A stretch of 42,755 nucleotides of DNA from a virus (Duplodnaviria > Caudoviricetes): the IMG/VR virus record IMGVR_UViG_3300017832_000054, positions 1 to 42,755 of that record, one strand, 5' to 3'. Positions 1 through 7,762 of this stretch are shown here, piece by piece. The position numbers and the translations under genes are program-made. The notes beneath the pieces were generated by a model. It was given only the letters and a program-made list of their open reading frames with translations. It made no database searches and had not been told where the DNA came from. Within the stretch, counting starts at the first letter, position 1. The number at the start of each line of letters is the position of its first letter.

Positions 1-16
1 ATGTTTCCCCACACGG
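1..16 (+). repeat. att core, left copy, ATGTTTCCCCACACGG
   Basis: Identical to 42740-42755 and adjacent to the integrase. Confidence 0.95.
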
Positions 17-60
17 TGCATGTGGAGTGCGTAGTAACCTTGATTTATAAGGGAAATTGA
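1..60 (+). CDS. rlmD: 3' end of host 23S rRNA m5U methyltransferase (RlmD/RumA, TrmA family); residues after the core are phage-supplied; partial
   Basis: Frame 1 reads MFPHTVHVECVVTLIYKGN*, matching the family C-terminal motif (D)MFPxTxHxE. Confidence 0.85.
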   Translation: MFPHTVHVECVVTLIYKGN

Positions 61-78
61 AACGTACAAGTGAATATT

Positions 79-95
79 GGGGACAAATTGGGGAC
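79..95 (+). repeat. Putative integrase arm-type binding sites (GGGGAC x2, 11-bp period)
   Basis: GGGGACAAATTGGGGAC occurs here and identically at 42612-42628. Confidence 0.75.
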
Positions 96-98
96 GAG

Positions 99-1322
99 TT
101 ATAGAGGCGCTTTTTTCAGAGGGAGGATGTTTTCAAATTTTTCCGCTGCCGCTTTATCCGCTGATTTAAGAGCGTGACCGTAAATATTCATTGTTGTTGT
201 GATGTTACTATGGCCCAATCGTTCGGATATAATTTTGGCATGCACACCTTGATTTATAAGTAATGTGGCAGAAGTATGACGTAAATCATGAAAACGGATA
301 TAGCGCAATCCGTTTCTCTTAATGAAATCACGAAACCATTGATATGGGCGTTCTTGATGGAATGGGGTGCCATCTGGATGGCTGAATATCAGGTGGTACT
401 CCTTCCCATTTTCATCTTTGCAACCTTTCCATGCGCCTTGTAAGGCAGCCCGTTCTTTAATACGATAAGCATAATATTCCTTCAGTTCTTCTAAAACGGA
501 TGGCGGCAGTGCAACTTTACGCTTGGAATTCTTTGTTTTTGGTTCCTTAATGATGACTTTTCCTTTTACAGCGTAAACGAGAATTTGTTCGACGCTGATA
601 ATACCTTCCTTCCAATCAACGTGTTTCCATTCAAGTCCAAGAAGTTCGCCGCGACGGAGACCAGTCGTTAATGCGAGAGTCACCATCATGCGCCAATGAA
701 ACGGCTCATTTTGTAATGCTTGAAAAAGTTGTTGAACTTCTTGTTCATCGTATGGCAAATTTACTTTGTACTCGACTTTTGGTTTTTTTACTCCTGCTGC
801 CGGATTGCTCTTGATAAGTTTCCATTCAACAGCACGCGAAAGAATATTTTTGATAATTCTATGGTTAATTTGAATAGTTCCCGATGACAAACAACCTGCT
901 TTGCCATCTTTTCTACTTCCTTCTTGTTCAAGTGATTGTAAATAATTCAAAATATGAAGAGGTTTGATTTCATCTAATCTTAAATGTCCTAGCGCCGGTA
1001 AAATTCTATTTTTAAGGTTTTTTTCGTAAGTGTAAAGTGTACTGTACGACAAATGTTTGTGTGCATATTTTTCACGCCATTCCTCTACAAAGGCGGAGAA
1101 TGTCATTTTTTCAGGCTTGACGTATTCTCCGCCTTCCACTTCCATCTTGAATTTGAGCCATTCTTGTTCGAGGTACTCTCTCAATTTTTTTGTGGTTTTG
1201 AGTAGAGCTTTGTCCTCGATTTTGATTGTTTTCCGTCGGCGAATTCTTTTGCCATCCGGTCCTGTGCCAAGTTCCACTGTCAATCTCCATGTGTTTTGCC
1301 CGCGTTTCTCAATAGAAGCCAT
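99..1322 (-). CDS. int: Tyrosine integrase (407 aa)
   Basis: Catalytic motifs TGLRRGEL, HDLRHTSAT and LGHSNITTTMNIYGH; N-terminal arm-binding domain; start moved to ATG 1322 (MASIEKRG) after RBS GGAGGG. Confidence 0.96.
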   Translation of the reverse strand: MASIEKRGQNTWRLTVELGTGPDGKRIRRRKTIKIEDKALLKTTKKLREYLEQEWLKFKMEVEGGEYVKPEKMTFSAFVEEWREKYAHKHLSYSTLYTYEKNLKNRILPALGHLRLDEIKPLHILNYLQSLEQEGSRKDGKAGCLSSGTIQINHRIIKNILSRAVEWKLIKSNPAAGVKKPKVEYKVNLPYDEQEVQQLFQALQNEPFHWRMMVTLALTTGLRRGELLGLEWKHVDWKEGIISVEQILVYAVKGKVIIKEPKTKNSKRKVALPPSVLEELKEYYAYRIKERAALQGAWKGCKDENGKEYHLIFSHPDGTPFHQERPYQWFRDFIKRNGLRYIRFHDLRHTSATLLINQGVHAKIISERLGHSNITTTMNIYGHALKSADKAAAEKFENILPLKKAPL

Positions 1323-1384
1323 AGGCTTGTCCCTCCTTGATGATTCTTTTGTTTTAGCGTCCCCCATGTTAGAAAGATGGGGTA

Positions 1385-2455
1385 TTAAAAAGGTAAATCT
1401 TCCTCTGAAATGTCGATGTTTGATTCTATCTCTTCTTTCCACCCCTTTAATAATCCTGACTCATAAAATGTAGATGTAGATCCACATACATGACAAAATC
1501 TTGCTTCTCCACTTAAATACTGTCCGCAACTATCTTCGAAATCGATATGCCATGGACCTTGATACCTATTAAAAGGTTCGTCTCGAAATCCTGTACATCT
1601 ATTGACGAGATATGTTCCACAAATTTGACAATAATCTCCTACGATTATTTCATTTTCACATACTGGGCATTTTTTTGCTCTATGATTTTCATCTAGTTCA
1701 ATGCCGTAATAAATCATCGTAGTCCCACCTTTCAAATATGAGTAATTTTTTTCCAATCTGCTGTTTCCACATATTGGACAATAATTAGCGTTTGCTATTG
1801 AAAAAGTATAATTACAATTACGACACCAAAGTGAATTAGAAACCTGATTAATAAACGATCTAAAGCGGCTAAGATAAAACAGTATGTATTTAAAATTATA
1901 TTTTCTGTCTAAAAGTAATAAATCTAATCTTGTTTTGGCTGCTTTTTGTGTTATTTGAAATATGTTCATTAAAAGTTGAACTGATAAGTTACCTTTTAAC
2001 GTCTTAATTCTGTTAACAATTATAGCCGGAGCAAGAGTGTTACGAGCAAAAGCATTCGCTTCGTTTTCTAATATTCTGTATTTTTCGTATGTTAATTTAC
2101 TGCGATTTAATATTGTTTCATCAAAATCGATTAAATGATTTAAATAAATATGACCTATTTCATGCATTAAAGTAAATCTAATCCGATTTGGAGGAGTGAC
2201 TTTATCGTTGTATGCGATCGTATAATTTGTACCATCCCAAATCGTGTATCCATCTTCGCTTTGTACCGTCTCAATAATTTGGTCTATAGTAAGATTTGTT
2301 TCTCGGGCCAGTTCTGAGTAAGTTATTAGCCCCCATTTATTTCTCGATATAATTTCAAATGGATTTATCGGAAAAAATGTTATATTTTCTTTGATAAAAA
2401 ATTCACATACAGTTTTAGCAACTTTTTTATATCTAGATTTTGTAGGAAACCGCAT
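1385..2455 (-). CDS. immA: ImmA/IrrE-family Zn metallopeptidase (anti-repressor) with C-terminal multi-CxxC zinc ribbons and SSB-like acidic tail
   Basis: RFTLMHEIGH and ENEANAFA motifs; position between int and repressor; CxxC pairs; ends NIDISEEDLPF. Confidence 0.9.
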   Translation of the reverse strand: MRFPTKSRYKKVAKTVCEFFIKENITFFPINPFEIISRNKWGLITYSELARETNLTIDQIIETVQSEDGYTIWDGTNYTIAYNDKVTPPNRIRFTLMHEIGHIYLNHLIDFDETILNRSKLTYEKYRILENEANAFARNTLAPAIIVNRIKTLKGNLSVQLLMNIFQITQKAAKTRLDLLLLDRKYNFKYILFYLSRFRSFINQVSNSLWCRNCNYTFSIANANYCPICGNSRLEKNYSYLKGGTTMIYYGIELDENHRAKKCPVCENEIIVGDYCQICGTYLVNRCTGFRDEPFNRYQGPWHIDFEDSCGQYLSGEARFCHVCGSTSTFYESGLLKGWKEEIESNIDISEEDLPF

Positions 2456-2461
2456 CGATGC

Positions 2462-2806
2462 TTAGTCCTCCAATGCTTCTTTCCCCCGATTTCTCATTGA
2501 TTTAATGATCAATTTCAATGCATCGCGATGTTGTGAGTCTAGATTTTGAATATCTCTTGCCAGGCTTCTAACTTCTTCATCAAATTCAAAATTAGGCTCG
2601 GGATCGTTTGTTCGACCAAGTAAATAATCTACAGATACATTTAAAATAGATGCAATGTCATTTAGTTTATCACTCGGCGGTATACTTTTTCCTCTTTCAT
2701 AACTTGAATAATTTGCTTCTGTCATATTAAGTTTTTCAGCAATTTGCGCCTGCGTAAAACCTCTTTTCAACCTATACTCTTTTAGTCTTTGGGGTAAGAC
2801 ATTCAA
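2462..2806 (-). CDS. immR: XRE-family HTH prophage repressor (ImmR/CI-like)
   Basis: HTH_3 pattern TQAQIAEKL..YSSYERG..SVDYLLG; divergent from cro. Confidence 0.92.
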   Translation of the reverse strand: MNVLPQRLKEYRLKRGFTQAQIAEKLNMTEANYSSYERGKSIPPSDKLNDIASILNVSVDYLLGRTNDPEPNFEFDEEVRSLARDIQNLDSQHRDALKLIIKSMRNRGKEALED

Positions 2807-2845
2807 AATTTACACCCCCACAAATGAAATTTTAATAAACGGGTA

Positions 2846-2874
2846 TTGCTCAAATATAATTTTAGTGGTATAGT
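2846..2874 (+). promoter_or_regulatory. SigA promoter for the cro/early lytic operon
   Basis: TTGCTC-17 bp-TATAGT with extended TG; RBS AAGGAGGTG before ATG 2901. Confidence 0.75.
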
Positions 2875-2900
2875 AATCCACAAGGAGGTGATTTCGTTAT

Positions 2901-3137
2901 ATGTCGGTAAAAACACACCACCCACGATTACTACTGAAACAATTAAGACAGCAGAAGGGGACTCAACGTAAAGTAGCACAAGATCTTAATATTACCGAAA
3001 CTCATCTTCGTGAAATCGAAAATGGTCGTTCAGTTCCGGGAACAAAGCTACTGATCAGATTTGAACATTATTTTGGAGTACCTAGTAAAGAACTATTCCC
3101 AGATTTACATGATCCGGAGTTTTATTTACGCGACTAA
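2901..3137 (+). CDS. Cro-like XRE HTH regulator
   Basis: TQRKVAQDLNITETHLREIENG HTH; strong RBS; first gene divergent from the repressor. Confidence 0.88.
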   Translation: MSVKTHHPRLLLKQLRQQKGTQRKVAQDLNITETHLREIENGRSVPGTKLLIRFEHYFGVPSKELFPDLHDPEFYLRD

Positions 3138-3165
3138 CTAAAATTAAATTTGATTAACTACATGG

Positions 3166-3194
3166 ATTATATACCTAAATTTGATTTTCCGCAA
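3166..3194 (-). promoter_or_regulatory. Leftward SigA promoter downstream of cro, pointing at immR
   Basis: Minus strand TTGCGG-17 bp-TATAAT. Confidence 0.65.
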
Positions 3195-3297
3195 CCATTT
3201 TTTGCGGTACTTAATTTAAATATGCCCTAAACTAAAATCAAATTTTATCCCTAAAAAATGATTTTAGTTTGGAGTATGTGTAACAAGGAGTGATTTT

Positions 3298-4101
3298 ATG
3301 AACACCCCACAAGTTTTCACTCACCAGATGTTTGGGGAATTGCCTGTAATTGTCGTGAATGGGGTTGAATGGTTTGGAGCAACGGAAGCAGCTAAGGCGT
3401 TGTCATTTGCGAAGCCGCATGATGCTATTTCCAACCACGTTGATGCAGATGACTCCGCCGTCTACGGAGTCATCGATTCGCTCGGTAGAGAACAACAAAA
3501 GAAATTCATCAACGAATCCGGCCTATATTCCCTCATTTTCGGTGCCGCTCGCCAGGGAAACAACCCGGAAATCCGGGAGAAGGCCAAAGCATTCAAAAGG
3601 TGGGTAACCGGCGAAGTCCTCCCATCCATCCGCAAACACGGCGCCTACTTTACGCAAGAAACGCTGGAGCGGGCCCTTAACGAACCGGATTTCCTCATTC
3701 AGTTGGCTACCAAACTGAAAGAGGAACGGGCCAAACGCATTGAGGCTGAACAAAAGCTGGAAGAACAAAAACCACTGGTCGGATTCGCTGAAACCTGCCT
3801 TGCTTCGAAAGACAGCATTTTGGTCCGGGAATTGGCCAAGGTTGCATCGAAGCAGGGTATCACCATTGGTCAAAACCGGCTTTACAAGAAGTTGCGCGAG
3901 TGGGGTCTTATCATGCCGCATTCTACCGAACCTTACCAGCACGCTATCGACGCTGGTTATTTTGAAGTGGTCCAAAGCGGCAAAGAAACAGTCGCCGGCC
4001 ACATGATTTTCCGAACCACGCGGGTGACACCAAAGGGACAAGTTTACATCATTGACCGGTTGAAACGAGAACAACAAGCGGCTAAGGCGGCAAGTAGGTA
4101 A
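3298..4101 (+). CDS. Phage antirepressor (BRO-N plus ANT/KilAC)
   Basis: FINESGLYSLI and FKRWVTGEVLPSIRKHGAY (BRO); IGQNRLY and TTRVTPKGQVY (ANT). Confidence 0.93.
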   Translation: MNTPQVFTHQMFGELPVIVVNGVEWFGATEAAKALSFAKPHDAISNHVDADDSAVYGVIDSLGREQQKKFINESGLYSLIFGAARQGNNPEIREKAKAFKRWVTGEVLPSIRKHGAYFTQETLERALNEPDFLIQLATKLKEERAKRIEAEQKLEEQKPLVGFAETCLASKDSILVRELAKVASKQGITIGQNRLYKKLREWGLIMPHSTEPYQHAIDAGYFEVVQSGKETVAGHMIFRTTRVTPKGQVYIIDRLKREQQAAKAASR

Positions 4102-4115
4102 GGAGGGCAACGAAC

Positions 4116-4289
4116 TTGGAACTACCCGAGAAATTTGTTAAAGCGGCAACCATATTCACAACTGACCCTGAAAAGGCAGAGAAGCTGGTAATGAGCAAAG
4201 AATGGGCTATCGCACGAACAATAGAGACTTTAGAGGGTGAATTGTACATCTTGGTTAAGTTGCAAAAACAAAAAGAAGAGGTGTTCTAA
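4116..4289 (+). CDS. Small hypothetical protein (57 aa, TTG start; not in ORF track)
   Basis: RBS AAGGAGG at 4100-4106; open frame MELPEKFVKAATIF..QKEEVF*. Confidence 0.65.
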   Translation: MELPEKFVKAATIFTTDPEKAEKLVMSKEWAIARTIETLEGELYILVKLQKQKEEVF

Positions 4290-4297
4290 AACACCTC
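4278..4297. terminator. Hairpin between convergent genes
   Basis: GAGGTGTT-CTAA-AACACCTC perfect 8-bp stem. Confidence 0.5.
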
Positions 4298-4298
4298 A

Positions 4299-4523
4299 TC
4301 AACTAAACGGTTTTACACCAATTAGTAATTCATATCCCAGTTTGTCGTAGACCAAAGTAATTAATCCATGTTTTTCAAGTTCTATTAGTTTTGCTTTAAC
4401 GATATCAGGGTTGTCTTGCCCGTATAATTTGCAAGCATCGAGAATGTCGCTGAATAAAATAACTGTTCCGTATTCCAACACAGGTTTAGGATTTAAACCT
4501 TTTAAAACGTCAATTAAATTCAC
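4299..4523 (-). CDS. Counter-oriented accessory protein (74 aa, possibly winged-helix)
   Basis: RBS GGGAGGTG upstream of GTG; AT-rich; own promoter-like motifs. Confidence 0.75.
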   Translation of the reverse strand: MNLIDVLKGLNPKPVLEYGTVILFSDILDACKLYGQDNPDIVKAKLIELEKHGLITLVYDKLGYELLIGVKPFS

Positions 4524-4552
4524 AATTTAACACCTCCCTTCTCATTCTCATG

Positions 4553-4630
4553 TTTCTACAGGGAGGATTTTAAGTCCTAATTCACCCCCTTTCTTTAGGG
4601 CCTATTTCGACAGGATGAGGCCAAAATCCT
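4553..4630 (-). promoter_or_regulatory. Two tandem SigH-like promoters (AGGA-N18-GAAA at 4578-4553 and 4630-4605)
   Basis: AGGACTT..GTAGAAAC and AGGATTT..GTCGAAAT; each is one base off the AGGA-N17/18-GAAT consensus. Confidence 0.55.
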
Positions 4631-4650
4631 ACAAGAAAGGAGGCTTGTTT

Positions 4651-4971
4651 GTGAGCGTGTCAGTGGAATTCTTATTCAATCAAGCTATTACTCAGCTTCG
4701 CCAGCAACTCAAAGAAGAAATACTAGAAGAACTTCGGGCAGAATTGAACATCAAGCCCGACCGCACTCTTACATTTTCAGAAGCATGTGAGTACCTGCAC
4801 ATGTCTGAATACACATTGCGTCGATTGTGCCGGGAAAAAAAGATTCCTCACCGTGTTTACGGGTCCGATGGTTCCAAAAACCCGCGTTATCTGTTCAGCA
4901 CAGCAAGGTTGGACCGGTGGATTCGAGAGCAGGAAGAACAAAACTACCAACCGCTTAGAAAGGAGGGGTAA
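4651..4971 (+). CDS. xis: Excisionase-like HTH_17 DNA-binding protein
   Basis: TLTFSEACEYLHMSEYTLRRLCREKKIPH..YLFSTARLDRWI; RBS AAAGGAGG before GTG 4651. Confidence 0.8.
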   Translation: MSVSVEFLFNQAITQLRQQLKEEILEELRAELNIKPDRTLTFSEACEYLHMSEYTLRRLCREKKIPHRVYGSDGSKNPRYLFSTARLDRWIREQEEQNYQPLRKEG

Positions 4972-4973
4972 CA

Positions 4974-5159
4974 GTGACCGACCACATCCGCCGCATTCAA
5001 TTCTATACGAAGAAGGCGGCCGCATACTCGCGCCAAAAAAGCCGTCGCAACCAGTACAGGTTCAAGCGGCTGATGGCCTATAAGGCCGCGCTGAACAACC
5101 GCCTTGTGGCCGCCGGGTACAAGTGGACACCTGCAATTCCATTGGAAAGGGGAGAGTGA
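4974..5159 (+). CDS. Basic hypothetical protein
   Basis: RBS AAGGAGG; tightly packed in operon. Confidence 0.65.
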   Translation: MTDHIRRIQFYTKKAAAYSRQKSRRNQYRFKRLMAYKAALNNRLVAAGYKWTPAIPLERGE

Positions 5160-5160
5160 C

Positions 5161-5565
5161 ATGGAAACAAAAAAAGTTTCTGGCAAACCAGAAGCCCTGA
5201 CAAAAGTTTTTTGCAAAGAGTTTCCGCAAGGAACAAAGGCAAAGCTTCGTTTTTCCATTGAGGTTGAGGATTATTCATTCGAAGATTATCGGGAAATTTT
5301 GCGGTTCATCGGAGAATCTTCCAGACAATTTTACCTGTTCGTTGCTGGGGAAATCAACAATACTCCGGGGGAAACAATGGCCATGCGTGGTAGCATTCCG
5401 GTTCCCAAGGAAGAGTTTCAAAAAATCTTGGATGATGCTGAAAGGATGTCAAGGACATTGCTCAACCACTCAGAAAGGGGTGATACCGATGGTCGTCAAG
5501 GCCGGGGAATGGCGCCGGATGAGCCAAGAAGAGCGGATGCTGCGGCTGGCCGTTGCAGCGGCTAG
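5161..5565 (+). CDS. Hypothetical protein
   Basis: RBS AAAGGGGAG before ATG 5161; its 3' end overlaps the next small ORF. Confidence 0.6.
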   Translation: METKKVSGKPEALTKVFCKEFPQGTKAKLRFSIEVEDYSFEDYREILRFIGESSRQFYLFVAGEINNTPGETMAMRGSIPVPKEEFQKILDDAERMSRTLLNHSERGDTDGRQGRGMAPDEPRRADAAAGRCSG

Positions 5566-5596
5566 AAGTCGGCAAAAAATGGGGCATGCAAGATGA
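5489..5596 (+). CDS. Small hypothetical protein (35 aa, MVVKAGEWRRMSQEER..)
   Basis: RBS AAAGGGGTGA; ATGA overlap with the next ORF. Confidence 0.55.
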   Translation: MVVKAGEWRRMSQEERMLRLAVAAARSRQKMGHAR

Positions 5597-5748
5597 AGGA
5601 ATACAACGACCTCTTAGTGGCTATTAAGCGCGTTATCAATCGTCGTCGGCGTCGTGGTGCAACGGAAGCAGACATTCAAGAGTACAAAAAGCATCTGCTC
5701 GAAATCTGGAAAAATCCTGAGTTGCAAAAGGAGATTTTGAAACTGTGA
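5593..5748 (+). CDS. Small hypothetical protein (51 aa, MKEYNDLLVAIKRVINRRRRRG..; not in ORF track)
   Basis: ATGA coupling to the previous ORF; fills the gap to the next RBS. Confidence 0.55.
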   Translation: MKEYNDLLVAIKRVINRRRRRGATEADIQEYKKHLLEIWKNPELQKEILKL

Positions 5749-5762
5749 GAGGAGGTTGAGCG

Positions 5763-5945
5763 GTGAAAAGGCCGGTAACGTTCCACTTGTTTGGTCTCGG
5801 CCTGCTGTTGAGAAGCGTCACGCTTTCGTTCAATGTGCCACTTCGTACCATTGCTGATTCCCAGTGGGTGCCATCCATGCACCGGTGGGATCGGCGCCTT
5901 GAGCCCGGCCACCGATTCCGTGGTGACGTGGTGGGGTTGGTGTAA
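5763..5945 (+). CDS. Hypothetical protein
   Basis: RBS GAGGAGG; TAATG coupling to the next gene. Confidence 0.6.
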   Translation: MKRPVTFHLFGLGLLLRSVTLSFNVPLRTIADSQWVPSMHRWDRRLEPGHRFRGDVVGLV

Positions 5946-6181
5946 TGCGGTGCACACGGTGCGGCAAAAAGATTTCGTTTGCAAACCACGTCACCTACAA
6001 CAATCAGGACATGTGCCCAGCTTGTGTGTACGAAGTGGCACCGGAAGGCAGTCCGGTACGTTGGCAAATGCAAATGAATTATCCCGAGGAAATAAAAAAG
6101 CCCGCTGAAAAAGCGAGCAAAACAACAAATATACCTAATGCCCATTATAGCACAAAGGAGGGAATCCAGTGGAAATCCTGA
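5945..6181 (+). CDS. Small Zn-finger protein
   Basis: CTRC..CPAC. Confidence 0.65.
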   Translation: MRCTRCGKKISFANHVTYNNQDMCPACVYEVAPEGSPVRWQMQMNYPEEIKKPAEKASKTTNIPNAHYSTKEGIQWKS

Positions 6182-7071
6182 CACACACCAGGATCCAGAC
6201 CCGGAAAAACTGCCCAAAGGCAGACTATTGGCGGAACATCCGGCGGCTGGTTCCCATTCAGAAAAAGCAGTCGTTGAATATCGGCGGGGCGTTCCACGTT
6301 GGAATGGAAACACGTTCGGTCGAAATGGCCCTGGCCTACCTGGAGAAACAGGTACACACGTTTGACCAAGCGGACGTAGACGAACTTGAGACGGCCAAGG
6401 TCATTGTTGAGGCAATGGTTAGGGGCGCATTGGAAACGTGGCCGGCATTTGAAAACGGAAAGCGGGAGCTCAAATTCGAGATTCCCATTATCAACCCGGA
6501 AACAGGAGCGCCATCCCGGTCATTTCGTTTGGCTGGGAAAACGGATGAACTGGTGCAGTTGGATGATGGCAGCTGGTGGATTGTTGAGTATAAAACCGCC
6601 AGCCAAATTGGACAAGCCTATATAGACAGATTAGATTTGGATACCCAGATTACCACTTACATCTATGGATTGCAGCGGTACCTGGGAATACACATATCAG
6701 GTGTTTTTTACCGGGTGGTCCGGAAACCATCCATCCGGCAAAACAAAAAGGAATCCCTAGAGCAATTCCGACGGCGCATCATTGAGGACTACCAGACACG
6801 CAAGGACTTTTACTTCACCGAGCTGAAACTCTATCGATCCCAGGAAGACTTGAAGGCATTCGAGGAAGAGTTGTGGGGGTTCTGCCAGGAATATTTGTTT
6901 GCAAAACGCACCGGAATTCATTACAAAAACACAAGCCGATGCACTGAGCTCGGAGGATGCCCATACATGCCGCTTTGCCGCGGCGTGGAAGGCGCCGAAT
7001 TGATGTACAAAGTTCAAATGGTCAATCCTGAACTGGCCGAGGAGGGAGAAGATGAGCAAGCAGCAAGCTAG
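6169..7071 (+). CDS. PD-(D/E)xK exonuclease, Cas4/AddB-like with probable 4-Cys Fe-S staple
   Basis: GKTD, IVEYKT and QITTY motifs; one N-terminal Cys (NCPK) plus C-terminal CTELGGCPYMPLC. Confidence 0.85.
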   Translation: MEILTHTRIQTRKNCPKADYWRNIRRLVPIQKKQSLNIGGAFHVGMETRSVEMALAYLEKQVHTFDQADVDELETAKVIVEAMVRGALETWPAFENGKRELKFEIPIINPETGAPSRSFRLAGKTDELVQLDDGSWWIVEYKTASQIGQAYIDRLDLDTQITTYIYGLQRYLGIHISGVFYRVVRKPSIRQNKKESLEQFRRRIIEDYQTRKDFYFTELKLYRSQEDLKAFEEELWGFCQEYLFAKRTGIHYKNTSRCTELGGCPYMPLCRGVEGAELMYKVQMVNPELAEEGEDEQAAS

Positions 7072-7762
7072 GTTGTTACCCTCTGCACCAACACCGCGGA
7101 AAACCCGGCTTGAAGACCAAAACATTCTTCTGTACGGTCCACCCAAGATTGGGAAATCCAGCTTTGCCGCACAAATGGACATGCCTATCTTTGCGGCAAC
7201 TGAGGACGGTCTTCACGGCCTTGAAGTATACCAAGTCCCCATCGGAGACTGGCCGACTTTCTGCCAGTTCTGCCAGGAAATTGCTACCGGTGATCACCCG
7301 TTTAAAAACGTGGTGATTGATACGGTCGACAACCTTTTCAAATATTGCTCCCAATACATGTGCGCCAAACTCGGAATTATCCACGAGTCTGAAATGGAAT
7401 GGGGGAAAGGTTGGGCTATCGTCAAAAACGAGTTCATGCGCGTCATAACCAAGCTGGCCTCGTTGCCATATGGCTTGTTCATGATCAGTCATGCTGATTT
7501 GCGCGAAATCCGTACAAGGACAGAGAAATACGACAAGTGGATGCCAACCATGTCGAAACAGGCCTGGGAAATTGTATATCCGTTCCTTGACATCATCCTA
7601 TTCGCCACGCTGGAAGAAACTGAAGAAGGAGAAGAACAGCGCGTCATCCACACTAGGGCAAGCAAATATTGGGAAGCCGGCTGCAGGTTCCCGGTACCAG
7701 AAGTTCTTCCGTTAGATTTTCAAACGTTCAAAAAAGAATACGAGGAGGCTGTCTCTAAATGA
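7052..7762 (+). CDS. AAA_24 / Sak4-like ATPase (single-strand annealing protein)
   Basis: Walker A GPPKIGKS, Walker B VVIDT, ISHA motif; position between nuclease and SSB. Confidence 0.85.
   Translation: MSKQQARLLPSAPTPRKTRLEDQNILLYGPPKIGKSSFAAQMDMPIFAATEDGLHGLEVYQVPIGDWPTFCQFCQEIATGDHPFKNVVIDTVDNLFKYCSQYMCAKLGIIHESEMEWGKGWAIVKNEFMRVITKLASLPYGLFMISHADLREIRTRTEKYDKWMPTMSKQAWEIVYPFLDIILFATLEETEEGEEQRVIHTRASKYWEAGCRFPVPEVLPLDFQTFKKEYEEAVSK

Larger units (their letters stand above)
2822..3268. promoter_or_regulatory. Repeated 15-bp operator-like motif ACTAAAATyAwATTT (2822-2836, 2852-2866, 3137-3151, 3177-3191, 3231-3245, 3254-3268; both orientations)
   Basis: Six related copies, two of them inside the spacers of the two predicted promoters. 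Confidence 0.65.

Noticed and set aside
1323-1442. 40-aa N-terminal extension of the integrase in the ORF track
   Set aside because: It overlaps immA, and the strong RBS and typical MASIEKRG start are at 1322
3189-3207. CCGCAA-N7-TTGCGG as a fifth dif-like site
   Set aside because: The arm spacing is 7 rather than 10 and it coincides with a promoter -35, so it is treated as regulatory
2807-3297. LexA (Cheo) box controlling induction
   Set aside because: No CGAAC-N4-GTTCG match was found by eye in the switch region
6169-7071. CRISPR-Cas locus suggested by the Cas4-like protein
   Set aside because: No repeat-spacer array or other cas gene is visible; the context is a phage recombination module
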